Part shown: in pieces, positions 9,451-19,466 of the stretch
Numbering within the stretch: position 1 is the first letter of the stretch
Layout: each line of letters begins with the position of its first letter
DNA from: Candidatus Latescibacterota bacterium
Lineage (GTDB): Bacteria > Latescibacterota > UBA2968 > GCA-2709665
Reading direction: 5' to 3'
Assembly: GCA_965219455.1 (NCBI GenBank)
Contig: OZ244744.1
Span: 5,760,001-5,824,000, forward strand
DNA: 64,000 nt
Position numbers and translations under genes: made by a program
Notes under the pieces: model-generated
What the model was told of the DNA's origin: nothing
What the model saw: only the letters and a program-made list of their open reading frames with translations
Database searches by the model: none

Positions 9451-10221
9451 ATGTTACTAGACGGCAAGAAGGCACTCGTCACCGGCTCGAGACGCAGCAT
9501 TGGCAGGGGGATCGCCCAGGCGCTGGCGGAAGCCGGATGCGACGTGGGCATCAACGACGTCGAGCGGGACGCCGATGCCGAAACAACCCTGGACCTTATC
9601 CGGGAAGCAGGCCGCGAAGCCGCCTTTTTTGAAGCCGATATCTCGAGCGCGCAGGACGTGGAGCGGATGTTCGGCGCTTTCCTGGATCGTTTCGGACGGA
9701 TCGACATTCTTGTGAACAACCCCTATTGGGCCGAAAACAGGCCCTTCATGGAAATCACCGAAGCGATCTGGGACCGCACGCTGGACGTCTGTCTGAAAGG
9801 GTATTTCCTGTGCAGCCAGGCGGCGGCGCGAAGCATGTCAGACCAGGGCGATGGCGGGAGCATCGTAAGCATTTCCTCGGTACACGCGCAGGCCGTATGG
9901 GAAAACGACACGTGTTACGGCACCGCAAAGGCGGGCATCCTGCGGCTTACCATGAGCATGGCCTACGAATTGGCGCCCCTCGGCATTCGCTGCAACGCCA
10001 TCCTGCCCGGTTATATGGACACCGTACACGCCTTCGGGCAGAACCCGCCTCCGCGCGGCAGCGCGCCCGAAAACCTCCACGGCTTCATCCCCACGCGCAG
10101 GGGCGGCACACCGGAAGACATCGGACGCGCCGTGGTCTTTCTCTCCAGCCCCCACGCCGCAAACATAAACGGCGTCTCACTGCCTGTGGACGGCGGCCTC
10201 CTCCTCACCGGCGTCCCATAG
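9451..10221 (+). CDS. Short-chain dehydrogenase/reductase (SDR)
   Basis: ALVTGSRRSIG, DILVNN, YGTAK, NAILPG, VDGG; GAGG RBS. Confidence 0.93.
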   Translation: MLLDGKKALVTGSRRSIGRGIAQALAEAGCDVGINDVERDADAETTLDLIREAGREAAFFEADISSAQDVERMFGAFLDRFGRIDILVNNPYWAENRPFMEITEAIWDRTLDVCLKGYFLCSQAAARSMSDQGDGGSIVSISSVHAQAVWENDTCYGTAKAGILRLTMSMAYELAPLGIRCNAILPGYMDTVHAFGQNPPPRGSAPENLHGFIPTRRGGTPEDIGRAVVFLSSPHAANINGVSLPVDGGLLLTGVP

Positions 10222-10244
10222 CGACGACAGTCCCAACGTTGCTG

Positions 10245-11003
10245 CTACTGGCCGAATTGTTGGGCGAACGCAATAAAGTCCGAAAAATCTACACTCCCGT
10301 CCCCACTCAGGTCGAACCGGGCGTCGAAGTTCGCGTCCCCCTCGCTCCGCCCGAAGTTCTGCGCAAACGAAATAAAGTCCGAAAAATCTACACTCCCATC
10401 CCCATTGAAGTCCGCCGAGGTCCCGGGCTCCGGCGGATCAACGGTAGGAGGTTCTTCTTCTACCTTCGCGAACCCCATCACGGCCAGGGGCGCTTCCAAA
10501 TTGAAGGTAGCCAATAACGGGCCATATTGACCGAGCGGAACGACCTGAACCAGAAACAGGGAATCTTCCCTGACGGAAAATCCCAAACTATCCCTCACTG
10601 CCTCATCCGCATCCTCGGGCGTATGCTCCAGAATCAGGTTGAAATCCTTGACTTCGTAGACGCCCTCCTGTTTCCGCAGCACGACAAACGTACTATCGAG
10701 GCTGAGATTGAACGTTGGCACGGACAGCTTCACCTTTACCGATGCGACGTAATCCGCCTCGTAGGTACCGGAATCGGCATCTAGAGTCAGGGTTCCGTCT
10801 ACCACTCCGTCGATGGTCGGATCGGCTAGTATAGCCAGCAAGCCCGGGGCCGCCCAAACCGGCAGCGCCGTCGAGTCCGCCATCCACGCGCCCGCGGGGT
10901 CACCGCCCTTGGGTTCCGGTTTCTCATCCAACAACTGCGCGTGCCCGATTGCCGGCCACAGCAACGGCATTCCAATGATGATCCATGTCACGAAGAAACG
11001 CAT
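10245..11003 (-). CDS. Secreted protein with C-terminal paired EF-hand/dockerin-like module
   Basis: Signal peptide (GHA|Q); beta-rich domain; Pro-rich linker; DFNGDGSVDFSDFISFAQNFG and DLSGDGSVDFSDFIAFAQQFG. Confidence 0.8.
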   Translation of the reverse strand: MRFFVTWIIIGMPLLWPAIGHAQLLDEKPEPKGGDPAGAWMADSTALPVWAAPGLLAILADPTIDGVVDGTLTLDADSGTYEADYVASVKVKLSVPTFNLSLDSTFVVLRKQEGVYEVKDFNLILEHTPEDADEAVRDSLGFSVREDSLFLVQVVPLGQYGPLLATFNLEAPLAVMGFAKVEEEPPTVDPPEPGTSADFNGDGSVDFSDFISFAQNFGRSEGDANFDARFDLSGDGSVDFSDFIAFAQQFGQ

Positions 11004-11614
11004 CGTAGCCCTCCCTTGAATTTGTTATCGGTAATCTTTGCAATCCGGCAACTGATTTACGCGATTGTCTACTATTCAGGAATACGGCGGAGCGTGGCAG
11101 CACAGTTCTCCACTGCCAAACCGCACGCGTCGTTTCCGTCATTCGATCGAACAGATACCTATGATTTAATACACAGCGGTGACCGGCGACCTTCCTCAGC
11201 CAAGCAGCTGGTTTGACCTTAAGCAAGTCATTCCGGGTGTAGAACCGATTGCCGGAAAGTCCTGTTTATGGAGCATTTATCGCACCAGCCGGCACGTTGT
11301 CCGACATCGTCCGATTCATTCCGTCGTCCGCGTCGCAAAGTCTTCACAACATAAGCAAATCGACCCCCCAAGTCAAGAATACGCGCCCCCGACGCGCAAA
11401 GATACTATGCGGTCTGTTTCAAACGTGACGGGCCGCACTTACCAGAAACATAAATAAAAGCCCTCTGATTGCAAGGGCTTGAATGTCGTTTTCAAAGGCA
11501 TAAACTGCGCTTGAGGCGGTTCGTCCGCGCGAGAATGCAATCCATCCATGCGCTTCAAGCTACCGACGCGGTAGCGGATCAGGTTTGTACAATGATGTTG
11601 GCACGGGCCGGTTC

Positions 11615-12382
11615 TCACCTGCCCTTTTCGAACGCCATCATGTCAACGGGATCGGGGCTTTCAAACACAGCCCGTGGCAGGTCATCGAAAACCGCAACGT
11701 CGGTATGCGACGTCCGTCCTCGACTCGCAGACAGCATGATTCCGCCGTGCGGCTTCCAGCCGGTCCACGGACCGACAAAACGCGGTTCGGCGTCTGCCGC
11801 CTTTCTGTAGAACGCCCACTGTTCCACCAGCATACGTTCCTTGTCCACATAAACGTCGTATTTATTCTGCGGGGTCACGCCGACGTTGTCGAACGTCAGC
11901 GTCAGAACAAACGCGTCCCGCCCATTCTCCATCGTTCCCTCGCCGCTAAATTTCAGTGTCACGCCTGAATCCTTCAGCTTGTATGGCATCACCAGCCAGT
12001 ACGAATCGTTGATCCAGGCGCGGTACCCGCGGTTCAGATATTTTTTCAGTGAATCCGGCTCCGCGATTTCCTCCCCGCCTTTCCACGCGCGCCCGTTCCT
12101 GCTATTGACGTTCATCAGGGTGACGCGATCGGCCTCCTCAAAGCGGACGTCGCCGGTCCATCGGTCCCACACGTGCAACCCCCGTCCGAAGAATCTCCAG
12201 GTGAGATACCGGGTTCCGTCCCAGTTCCGGCGGCCTCCCATTTTCCTCATTACGGCATCTGCAATCTCAATCGCCCTCGCGTCGGAACCGGCAACATCGA
12301 ATCCTTCAGCCGGCGGATTCCCGGCACCTGGGGCGCACGCGGCCGCGAAGAGCAGCAACAGCAATAGTCGCAATGGGGTCAT
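11615..12382 (-). CDS. Conserved hypothetical lipoprotein
   Basis: Lipobox FAAAC after a Leu-rich segment; Trp-rich body (WINDSYWLVMPYKLKDSGV, GVTPQNKY); GAGG RBS before ATG 12382. Confidence 0.75.
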   Translation of the reverse strand: MTPLRLLLLLLFAAACAPGAGNPPAEGFDVAGSDARAIEIADAVMRKMGGRRNWDGTRYLTWRFFGRGLHVWDRWTGDVRFEEADRVTLMNVNSRNGRAWKGGEEIAEPDSLKKYLNRGYRAWINDSYWLVMPYKLKDSGVTLKFSGEGTMENGRDAFVLTLTFDNVGVTPQNKYDVYVDKERMLVEQWAFYRKAADAEPRFVGPWTGWKPHGGIMLSASRGRTSHTDVAVFDDLPRAVFESPDPVDMMAFEKGR

Positions 12383-12395
12383 GTGGTGTACCGCC

Positions 12396-13226
12396 TCACG
12401 GCCAGCGTGTTTCAAATGCATCGGCGCCTTCTCCGTAAACCACGTCACCGTATCCCTTCCAGGCCGCCATCTCATCCGGACCCGGCTCGCCAGGCTCTGT
12501 CAACACCGTCAGATTTTGCCGCAGGTGAGTCTCGCTGGCGGGCGCGGTCAATGCCAGGTGGACAGCCGGGTGCTGCAGGACGAAGCGGTAACAATCCGCG
12601 GCCGAGGGCGCCTGCCCCGGCCAATCGGCATGCCCCTTCAGCAGCGAACCCCAGCGTGTACAGGTGAACGCGACCACGGGTACGCCCGCCTCAATTGCCG
12701 CGGGTAACACTGCGTGCTCCGACTTCCGATGCGCCATGTTGTACCGGTGCATCAGCACCTGGACCCGACCGCTCTCGACAAGGGCAATCGAAAGCGGACG
12801 GCTATGGGCGGTTGCGCCAACGTAACGGACGTTTCCGTCGTTCTTCCATTTCCAGATTTCGTCGATCGCGCCGCCCTTTCCCAGCACCTTCTGAATATCA
12901 TCCGCAGGCGAAACATACTCGGCAAAAAACAGGTCGATCGCATCCACACCCAGCGCCCCACGCGCCGCGTCAAAATAATCCCGCATCTCAACCGGATCTC
13001 GGGACTCCGTACCGGTCGCGACGAATACCTCGTCTCGACGTTGCCGGAGCAGACGCTTCACGCCGTCGACCAATCCGCCAAAGTTCAGGCCGTAAAAGAA
13101 AAAGAAATTCACCCCGGCCTGGTGTGCGATCGGGGTGAACTCGCTCTGCGTCTCGGGAGAACCCGCAAGGCCCAGCGGCTGAACCGCTCCACCCGCCAAT
13201 GTTCTGATGTCATTGGAATCGTTCAC
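12396..13226 (-). CDS. Aldo/keto reductase-like oxidoreductase
   Basis: LGVDAIDLFF, GNVRYVGATAH, RYNMAHR, YRFVLQHPAVH. Confidence 0.78.
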   Translation of the reverse strand: MNDSNDIRTLAGGAVQPLGLAGSPETQSEFTPIAHQAGVNFFFFYGLNFGGLVDGVKRLLRQRRDEVFVATGTESRDPVEMRDYFDAARGALGVDAIDLFFAEYVSPADDIQKVLGKGGAIDEIWKWKNDGNVRYVGATAHSRPLSIALVESGRVQVLMHRYNMAHRKSEHAVLPAAIEAGVPVVAFTCTRWGSLLKGHADWPGQAPSAADCYRFVLQHPAVHLALTAPASETHLRQNLTVLTEPGEPGPDEMAAWKGYGDVVYGEGADAFETRWP

Positions 13227-13284
13227 AAGTCACCCGGGGCAAGAACGACGATGGGTCGATCATCTCCAACTTCCACTTCATCTC

Positions 13285-14358
13285 TCATGAATGCACCCCG
13301 ATCCGGCGGCCGGTTTCGCTGGATTCGTAGGCCGCCTCGATGATCCTGGCCACCTTGAGCGCGTCGTCGCCGGTGGCCGGCGGCTCCCCGTCTCCGTTCA
13401 CTGCGCGAAAAAACCGTTCCAGGAACGCCATTCCGAACGCGCCTCCGTAACAGTCCACCTGGGGCAACGCGTACCGATACGAGCGCGCCGGGGAGGCCTG
13501 CCAGCCCGGTGTCGCGCTCTCTGCGTGCAATACAGGCGGTTTGTCGACTGGATTCCAGTACACCCTTCCTTCGGTGCCGCGAAACCCGACGTAGTTGTCG
13601 TACGTCGCACCCGAATAACCAGGGATGCTCACCGCGAGCTGATACCCGGCATGCAGGCTGCCGATGGCGCCCCCTCTGAACCGGAATGCGAGCGATGCCA
13701 CGTCTTCCACGTCGATGTCCTCGCCGCTCAGCGTGTCGGCAATCGCACAGACCTCGACCACGTCATCGTCCATTACATAGCGCAACAGATCGATGTAGTG
13801 ACATCCCAACCACGAGAGGATCCCGCCGCCCGCTTTCCGTTTGTCGAACAACCAGTGCTGGGGATTTCGAAACCTCACTTGCGACGTAATCATCCTTGCC
13901 TCGCACCCCGTGACCCGGCCGATGATCCCCTCCTTCACCAATCGGCGCGCCTCGCGGGAGACCGGATGGTACCGGTTCTGGTACATCACGCCCAGTTTCA
14001 CGTCCGATCGCGCCGCGGCGTCGACAATCCGAGACAGTTCCGCCGAGGAATCGGAAATCGGCTTCTCGCTGATCACGTGGACGCCGCTGTCGATCAGCCT
14101 GAGGCAAAGCGGCCCGTTAAGGTGATTCTGAAAATCCGCGATTCCCACCTCGAAGGATTCTTTATCGAGCATCTCATCCAGGTCGTGGTATCCCCCTTCG
14201 ACCTTGTTTCGCATTGTCTTCTGAACTTCGGCGACAACCCGCGGGTCGTCGTCATACAGCACGATACCACGCACCAAATCGGACAACTGCAGTGTTTTCA
14301 GGTGCGCAAGAGAATGGGGGTGCGCCAGCCCGAATTGAGCCACTCGTATCCTGTCCAT
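13285..14358 (-). CDS. Gfo/Idh/MocA-family oxidoreductase
   Basis: HVISEKPI, GGGILSWLGCHYIDL, VEDVA, AAYESSETG. Confidence 0.9.
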   Translation of the reverse strand: MDRIRVAQFGLAHPHSLAHLKTLQLSDLVRGIVLYDDDPRVVAEVQKTMRNKVEGGYHDLDEMLDKESFEVGIADFQNHLNGPLCLRLIDSGVHVISEKPISDSSAELSRIVDAAARSDVKLGVMYQNRYHPVSREARRLVKEGIIGRVTGCEARMITSQVRFRNPQHWLFDKRKAGGGILSWLGCHYIDLLRYVMDDDVVEVCAIADTLSGEDIDVEDVASLAFRFRGGAIGSLHAGYQLAVSIPGYSGATYDNYVGFRGTEGRVYWNPVDKPPVLHAESATPGWQASPARSYRYALPQVDCYGGAFGMAFLERFFRAVNGDGEPPATGDDALKVARIIEAAYESSETGRRIGVHS

Positions 14359-14488
14359 ATCTCCGAATTCTCTCCCTGAGCGTGGAAACACCCTCGCACC
14401 GGTCTCCACCCAACTCTACGCCTGCCAACTCGCCTGCGACGCCCCGTGCAAGGGCATTGTGCAAGCTGCGAGTCGGATGTCAAAGCAC

Positions 14489-16105
14489 TCACGCACGATG
14501 CAACTTCACCCGATCCAGTATCCGCTGGAAATTCCCGCCCAGAACCTTCTCTTTCACCTCCAGGGGCAACTCCGCCCAAACCACCCATCCGAGCTGCTGC
14601 CGCGGGTCTCTCATGGGGGCGTCCGTGCCGAACAGCACGTGGTCCTCATCCGTTGCCGACACCAGAAACTCCACCACGCGGTTCGTCACGGGGGTTAGTG
14701 TGATCTCGGCATAGACGTTCGGATGCTCCCGGATACAGGCGGCCACTTCCTCCGCGAACGAATAGCTCCCCCCCGCGTGCGCAATCAGCCAACTCACCTC
14801 CGGGAACCGATCCGCCAACCTTCCGATACCTACCACCCCGCCCGTATGCCCGGCCACGTGCATCAACGCGTACAGGCTGTGTTCGTTTCCAAACTCCCAC
14901 CAGGGCGTGAATTTCTCATCTTCATAATTCAGGTTCATCCGCACGTAGGGCTTCATTCCCACGAATCCCTGATCGATGTACCGAAGGCGTATCTCGGCCT
15001 GCATCTCGGCGGCTGTCATATGGGTTGGATCGATAACCGCCACGCCGATCACCCGGTCGCAGAATTTCCGCATGGCCCGCCAGACAATTTCGTTGCCGTC
15101 GTGAGCATCCACGCAGACCGGCGCATTCCAGCTCATCATGGCGGTCCGGTCGATGCCGCAACGCGCGTTAAGGGACAACATATGTTCGGCGTCACCATCG
15201 TACATAAGGTAATTCACACCCGCCGTCTGCCCGCCTTCGTGCAGCACGTGGGAGTGGGCGTCCAGGACCGGAACGGACAGAGGTTGACCCGCCCTGGCCT
15301 CGGCCACGATTCCATCGGCTCCCTCCGAGGGCGATGCCGATTCGACGGGACCCTGTCCCTTCAACAACCTTTTCAGGTTCCCCCCCGCGATCCGGCGTTT
15401 GGAAGTCTCCGGGATCTGCGCGTAATCCACGTAAAAACGCGCCGCCCCGGGCGACTTCTCCGTGCCTCCGGTACCGAACAACAGGCGCTCGTCTCCGAAA
15501 TCCGCCACGTATTTCTCAATACCGCGGTTGATCTGGTATGACGAAAACTCCAGGTGCAGGTTCTCGTGCCGCTGCATCAACGCGTAAACGTGGCGCTGCT
15601 GGCTCCAGACATGATCTGTCAACAGAACCGGCAACCGTGGGTACCGGCACAGCAATTCGTGGAAGAACGTAAAGAGATCCGGCATTCCCCACCCCACCTC
15701 CAGCAACGTCAGGATTCCGTGGTGTTGCAGCGCCTCAAAAGTGGGACCCACCACTTCCGGATGCATGGAATATCCGCCCGGCGCCAGTCGCACGGCCCGC
15801 ACGTCCTCCTCCTCCATCGCCCCGATCAACGCGTCTCCGTCGGCGAAGAAACCGGGATCTCCGAGCGGAACGATACACCACGCGGCAAACAGCCTGTCCG
15901 GCGCTTTTGCCCGTTCCGACTGCAGCCGGCGATTTCCGTACGCGGAGTCGTAACTCAGGGCCACGCCGTGCGTCACCAGCGCGCCGGATATCTCGGCCAG
16001 GTCCATATCTTCAAGAAGATGCTCGGTAGACCAACGCACCCGCGGATGTTTCATGGGGCGCTGACCAACGGTTGCGTGACAATCAAAATAGAGCAGATTC
16101 GACAT
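14489..16105 (-). CDS. Tandem two-domain amidohydrolase (amidohydro_2 x2)
   Basis: Domain 1 FDCHATVG...LLFGTGG...GGNL; domain 2 LDAHSH...IAHAGG...LFGTDAP...GGNF. Confidence 0.85.
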   Translation of the reverse strand: MSNLLYFDCHATVGQRPMKHPRVRWSTEHLLEDMDLAEISGALVTHGVALSYDSAYGNRRLQSERAKAPDRLFAAWCIVPLGDPGFFADGDALIGAMEEEDVRAVRLAPGGYSMHPEVVGPTFEALQHHGILTLLEVGWGMPDLFTFFHELLCRYPRLPVLLTDHVWSQQRHVYALMQRHENLHLEFSSYQINRGIEKYVADFGDERLLFGTGGTEKSPGAARFYVDYAQIPETSKRRIAGGNLKRLLKGQGPVESASPSEGADGIVAEARAGQPLSVPVLDAHSHVLHEGGQTAGVNYLMYDGDAEHMLSLNARCGIDRTAMMSWNAPVCVDAHDGNEIVWRAMRKFCDRVIGVAVIDPTHMTAAEMQAEIRLRYIDQGFVGMKPYVRMNLNYEDEKFTPWWEFGNEHSLYALMHVAGHTGGVVGIGRLADRFPEVSWLIAHAGGSYSFAEEVAACIREHPNVYAEITLTPVTNRVVEFLVSATDEDHVLFGTDAPMRDPRQQLGWVVWAELPLEVKEKVLGGNFQRILDRVKLHRA

Positions 16106-16221
16106 GCCCTGTTCCTCCTGCGGGATGCATTTTCCTGCCGCGTTACACCTTCAGAATCCCGTCCTGGAAATGGTCGCCATTCATCCGCCTGCCTCGCATG
16201 CTTCAGCAGGCAGGCCGGTTC

Positions 16222-17055
16222 CTACTGACAATGCGATCCGAATTCCCTGTACTGCCTGACCGGCTGTTCGTGGTATTCCCGAACCAAATGCTCCAGACGG
16301 TCCACCGCCAGGTTGAAGACCCGCTCGCCCTTCTCCCTGCTGGCCGCGCTGGAACTGCCCATCGTGCCGGTGATATCGCGGGTATCCCTGCGGCGTTCCG
16401 AGAACCCGCCGAAATGCCGGAGATCATCGCTGAACGGATTCGGGAAAATATCGTCGTTCATCAGGTGTTTCGCGATGAGATGCTCCCGCAGATACAGCAT
16501 GACCGATGTCTCCCACTCTCCGCCGTGTCCCACGCTGCCGTTGTCCGCATCGCTCCACTCCAGCATCTCCTCCGCAACGGACTGCCACCAGCTATAGGCC
16601 ACCACAAACACGTTCTCTTCCGCTATGGTGTCCCGAACCACGTGGTTGGGCGCCATATTGCCCCCGTGCCCGTTCACCATCACGATACGCTTGAAGCCGT
16701 TGTCACAGATACTCCGACAGACGTCGCCAACCAGGTTCAGGTATGTCTCGATGCGCAGGCTGATCGTGCCGGCAAACCCCTTGTTGTAGTGTGTGAACCC
16801 GGACCAGATGGGCGGCGCGACGATCACGGGAAAGTCATCCACACGCTGCGCCACGCGCGCCGCCATATAGAATGGCCCGACGATATCTACATCCATCGGG
16901 CAATGGGGTCCGTGCTGCTCCACCGAACCGGTCGGCAAAATCACCACGGGATCGTGTCTCAGGGCCTCTTCGAACTCGTGGCGCCACATCTCCTGCCAGA
17001 GGACCTTCTTATTCGTGCCGTCGTAGGACACCTTGTACATGGATGCCTCCTCCAT
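16222..17055 (-). CDS. Creatininase family protein
   Basis: LPTGSVEQHGPH, VNGHGGN, HGGEWETS. Confidence 0.93.
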   Translation of the reverse strand: MEEASMYKVSYDGTNKKVLWQEMWRHEFEEALRHDPVVILPTGSVEQHGPHCPMDVDIVGPFYMAARVAQRVDDFPVIVAPPIWSGFTHYNKGFAGTISLRIETYLNLVGDVCRSICDNGFKRIVMVNGHGGNMAPNHVVRDTIAEENVFVVAYSWWQSVAEEMLEWSDADNGSVGHGGEWETSVMLYLREHLIAKHLMNDDIFPNPFSDDLRHFGGFSERRRDTRDITGTMGSSSAASREKGERVFNLAVDRLEHLVREYHEQPVRQYREFGSHCQ

Positions 17056-17064
17056 GGTCAGCCG

Positions 17065-17883
17065 TCAGTCGAACGGCCAGAGCTTGAGCACCGTCTTGCC
17101 CAGAATCCACTCCCGGTCCGATTCGTTCAGAAACGCCAGTTCCCTCCTTACCAGATCCAGCGCTCCGGTATAGCCGCACTTCTGTTCAACGAGCGGCCAG
17201 TCGGTGCCCCACATGAGCCGTTCCGGTCCGAACGCGTCGTACACCTGTTTCACCACCGCGTGCGTATCCCGGTACGGATACGATTCATGAGACACCGCCC
17301 AGGTGCCCGAGATCTTCACGTACACCTCCGGATACCGTGCGAGTTGCAGCAGATTCCCGGCGCCGTCGGGCCGATCTACCAACGGTCTGGCCATATGGTC
17401 GACGCAAACCTGTACATCGTCGTACTTTCGAATCCAGCGCTCCAGGTCCGGCAACCGTGCCTGTTCAGTTAAGATGCACATCGGCACCTTCAATTCTCGC
17501 GTTCGCCGCCAGAGCCGGTCCAGTCCGGGCCGTGTGAACCAGTCTCCCTCCGGCCCCGCACCCGGGCTCAACCGCACGCCTCGGAAACCATATTCCTCTA
17601 CCCATCGGCTGAGATCGTCGGCAGCAGACGGACTGTTCGGATCCACGCGGCAGACGGCTTCGAAAAGATCCGGGTATTTTTTCAGACAGTCGCCCGCGTA
17701 CCGGTTGTCCCACTTGTAGTGAATCACCTGCACCAGCACGGTCTTTTCCGTACCGTGACGCGCCATCTGCTCCAGCAGCATGTCACAGGACGCATCCTCC
17801 CCCGGCGGATTCGGATTGTCAGGCGCCCAGGGATATGCCGGGTCGTTCACCCATACGTGAACGTGAGGATCGATGATTCGCAT
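17065..17883 (-). CDS. Amidohydrolase_2 family protein (sugar-lactonase-like)
   Basis: IDPHVHVW, GFRGVRL, VDHMARP, YVKISG, LMWGTDWP. Confidence 0.9.
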   Translation of the reverse strand: MRIIDPHVHVWVNDPAYPWAPDNPNPPGEDASCDMLLEQMARHGTEKTVLVQVIHYKWDNRYAGDCLKKYPDLFEAVCRVDPNSPSAADDLSRWVEEYGFRGVRLSPGAGPEGDWFTRPGLDRLWRRTRELKVPMCILTEQARLPDLERWIRKYDDVQVCVDHMARPLVDRPDGAGNLLQLARYPEVYVKISGTWAVSHESYPYRDTHAVVKQVYDAFGPERLMWGTDWPLVEQKCGYTGALDLVRRELAFLNESDREWILGKTVLKLWPFD

Positions 17884-17942
17884 AGGGTAAGAGGTTGCTC
17901 GCGTGCCGCCGGTAAGTACTTATTTTGCCGCGCGCACAGGTC

Positions 17943-19466
17943 TCAGGAAGTGGACCGTCCAAAGTGCCTGACAAACTCCAGAAAGTCGGGGAAATTGACC
18001 TGCCCATCATTATTCAGATCGTAGACCTGATCGTAATCCGAAGCAAGCTCGACTTTGCCGAAGTTTCTTGCGAACAGCAGAAAGTCGTTGAAATCGACCA
18101 ACCCGCTGCCGTCGAAATCCACGGCGCCGATCGCCTCCAGATCCCAGGTGCGGACGGTTCTCATAAACGCCAGAATGCCATCGGTGTCGACGTCCCGGTC
18201 GCTTTCCAGAACCAACACGTCCCGTCTCTCCCGCGATAGTGTATAGCGGGTACCGTCTGACGGGTATTTCAGCACCAACAGGTCGGCGTAAAGGTCTTGA
18301 AACTCGGTCGCATCGTCGTCGCTGTCCCAGCTGGTATAAAGCATGTATAATAGCGACCGGCCGTCCCGCGATCTGAACATCGCGAACCGGTCTCCGTTCC
18401 ACCCTTCCGCGGCCGATTCACCGGCAGTTGCCATGTCAAACTCGGCGAAAACATAACGCCACCTCAGCTCGCCAATCGTATCTTCATGCATCAATTCCCA
18501 TTCATCGAACAGGTTCTCTTGTTCAAACGGCGGCCATGCGAGCCGGTCCGCCGTCTCGCCGGCCAGCCATTTCTCCGGATGCAGAATCTGTTCGGTCGAT
18601 ACCGGCGGATCCGTAAACAACCGATCGACGTGCTCCCAACCCTGCTTCCAGTTTTGATGCTGCTTCCGGATATGATTGACAACATTCATCCCTAATCCAG
18701 GGACCTGGGCACGCTGGAGGACGGCAAATCCGGGGATTGAATCCATCCTCGCCGCCCGCGCCGCCGCAACCGATTCACTCTCCGTCGATGGCCCGTGCGC
18801 CATCCCCCTCCGAATCTCCTGCGCGCTCCGCCCCAGGCTGGAGCGGATCGCCGTCTGTAACACGCCCAGCGAGGGCAATCGGCCATTCCAATTTATCTGC
18901 CACAGGATCTCCTCTATGTATCTCGCCTCGCCTTCGACGACGGCCCGGCGTGCCAAAAGCTCGTCGGCGTTCAAAGGGGCGGCCTTGTCGAGGAAGAACT
19001 CGTTCAGGTCGAAGTACTGGTCTTGCAGACCATGATACAACTCAATTGCCAGACGGCCCTCCCAGTGTTCGACAGCAACGTCATCACTGAGCAGAAATAA
19101 CGTGTCCGCGTCGAAGTCGTAATAGGCGGCAACTCCAATTGCGGTTACGCCCTGAAGGTAAGATCGTTCCAGGACGACCTCTCCCCTGTACAGGCCCAGT
19201 TTCCGAACGCATCGATCCAGGTCTTCAAGGTGCAACACCGAGCGCGGCAGCGCCGCCCTGCGTTCGAGATAGGCCCCGAAGCCCGGCCTGCCATTAAGCT
19301 CCATCTCTACCGCCTGTTTGAACTCTCGCCCCCGGATCTCGGCGACCTGCTCTTCCAGCGCCCGGGCCCTCGAGCGGATTGCCGTGAGATTCTGAGCGCT
19401 TACGGAGGCGTCGGCGACAAGGACCCCCAGCACAATGAAAAACCCCCAATGTGTGGCTGATTTCAT
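17943..19466 (-). CDS. Secreted zincin-like protein (degenerate HExxH) with C-terminal EF-hand/dockerin-like module
   Basis: Signal peptide; LAIELYHGLQDQYF, VEGEA, PPVSTEQILHPEK, AAEGWNGDR; C-terminal DFDGSGLVDFNDFLLFARNFG / DLNNDGQVNFPDFLEFVRHFG. Confidence 0.8.
   Translation of the reverse strand: MKSATHWGFFIVLGVLVADASVSAQNLTAIRSRARALEEQVAEIRGREFKQAVEMELNGRPGFGAYLERRAALPRSVLHLEDLDRCVRKLGLYRGEVVLERSYLQGVTAIGVAAYYDFDADTLFLLSDDVAVEHWEGRLAIELYHGLQDQYFDLNEFFLDKAAPLNADELLARRAVVEGEARYIEEILWQINWNGRLPSLGVLQTAIRSSLGRSAQEIRRGMAHGPSTESESVAAARAARMDSIPGFAVLQRAQVPGLGMNVVNHIRKQHQNWKQGWEHVDRLFTDPPVSTEQILHPEKWLAGETADRLAWPPFEQENLFDEWELMHEDTIGELRWRYVFAEFDMATAGESAAEGWNGDRFAMFRSRDGRSLLYMLYTSWDSDDDATEFQDLYADLLVLKYPSDGTRYTLSRERRDVLVLESDRDVDTDGILAFMRTVRTWDLEAIGAVDFDGSGLVDFNDFLLFARNFGKVELASDYDQVYDLNNDGQVNFPDFLEFVRHFGRSTS

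Noticed and set aside
11004-11614. 610-bp intergenic gap with several short ORFs
   Set aside because: No RBS-supported or family-like ORF and no convincing repeat or RNA structure; left unexplained.
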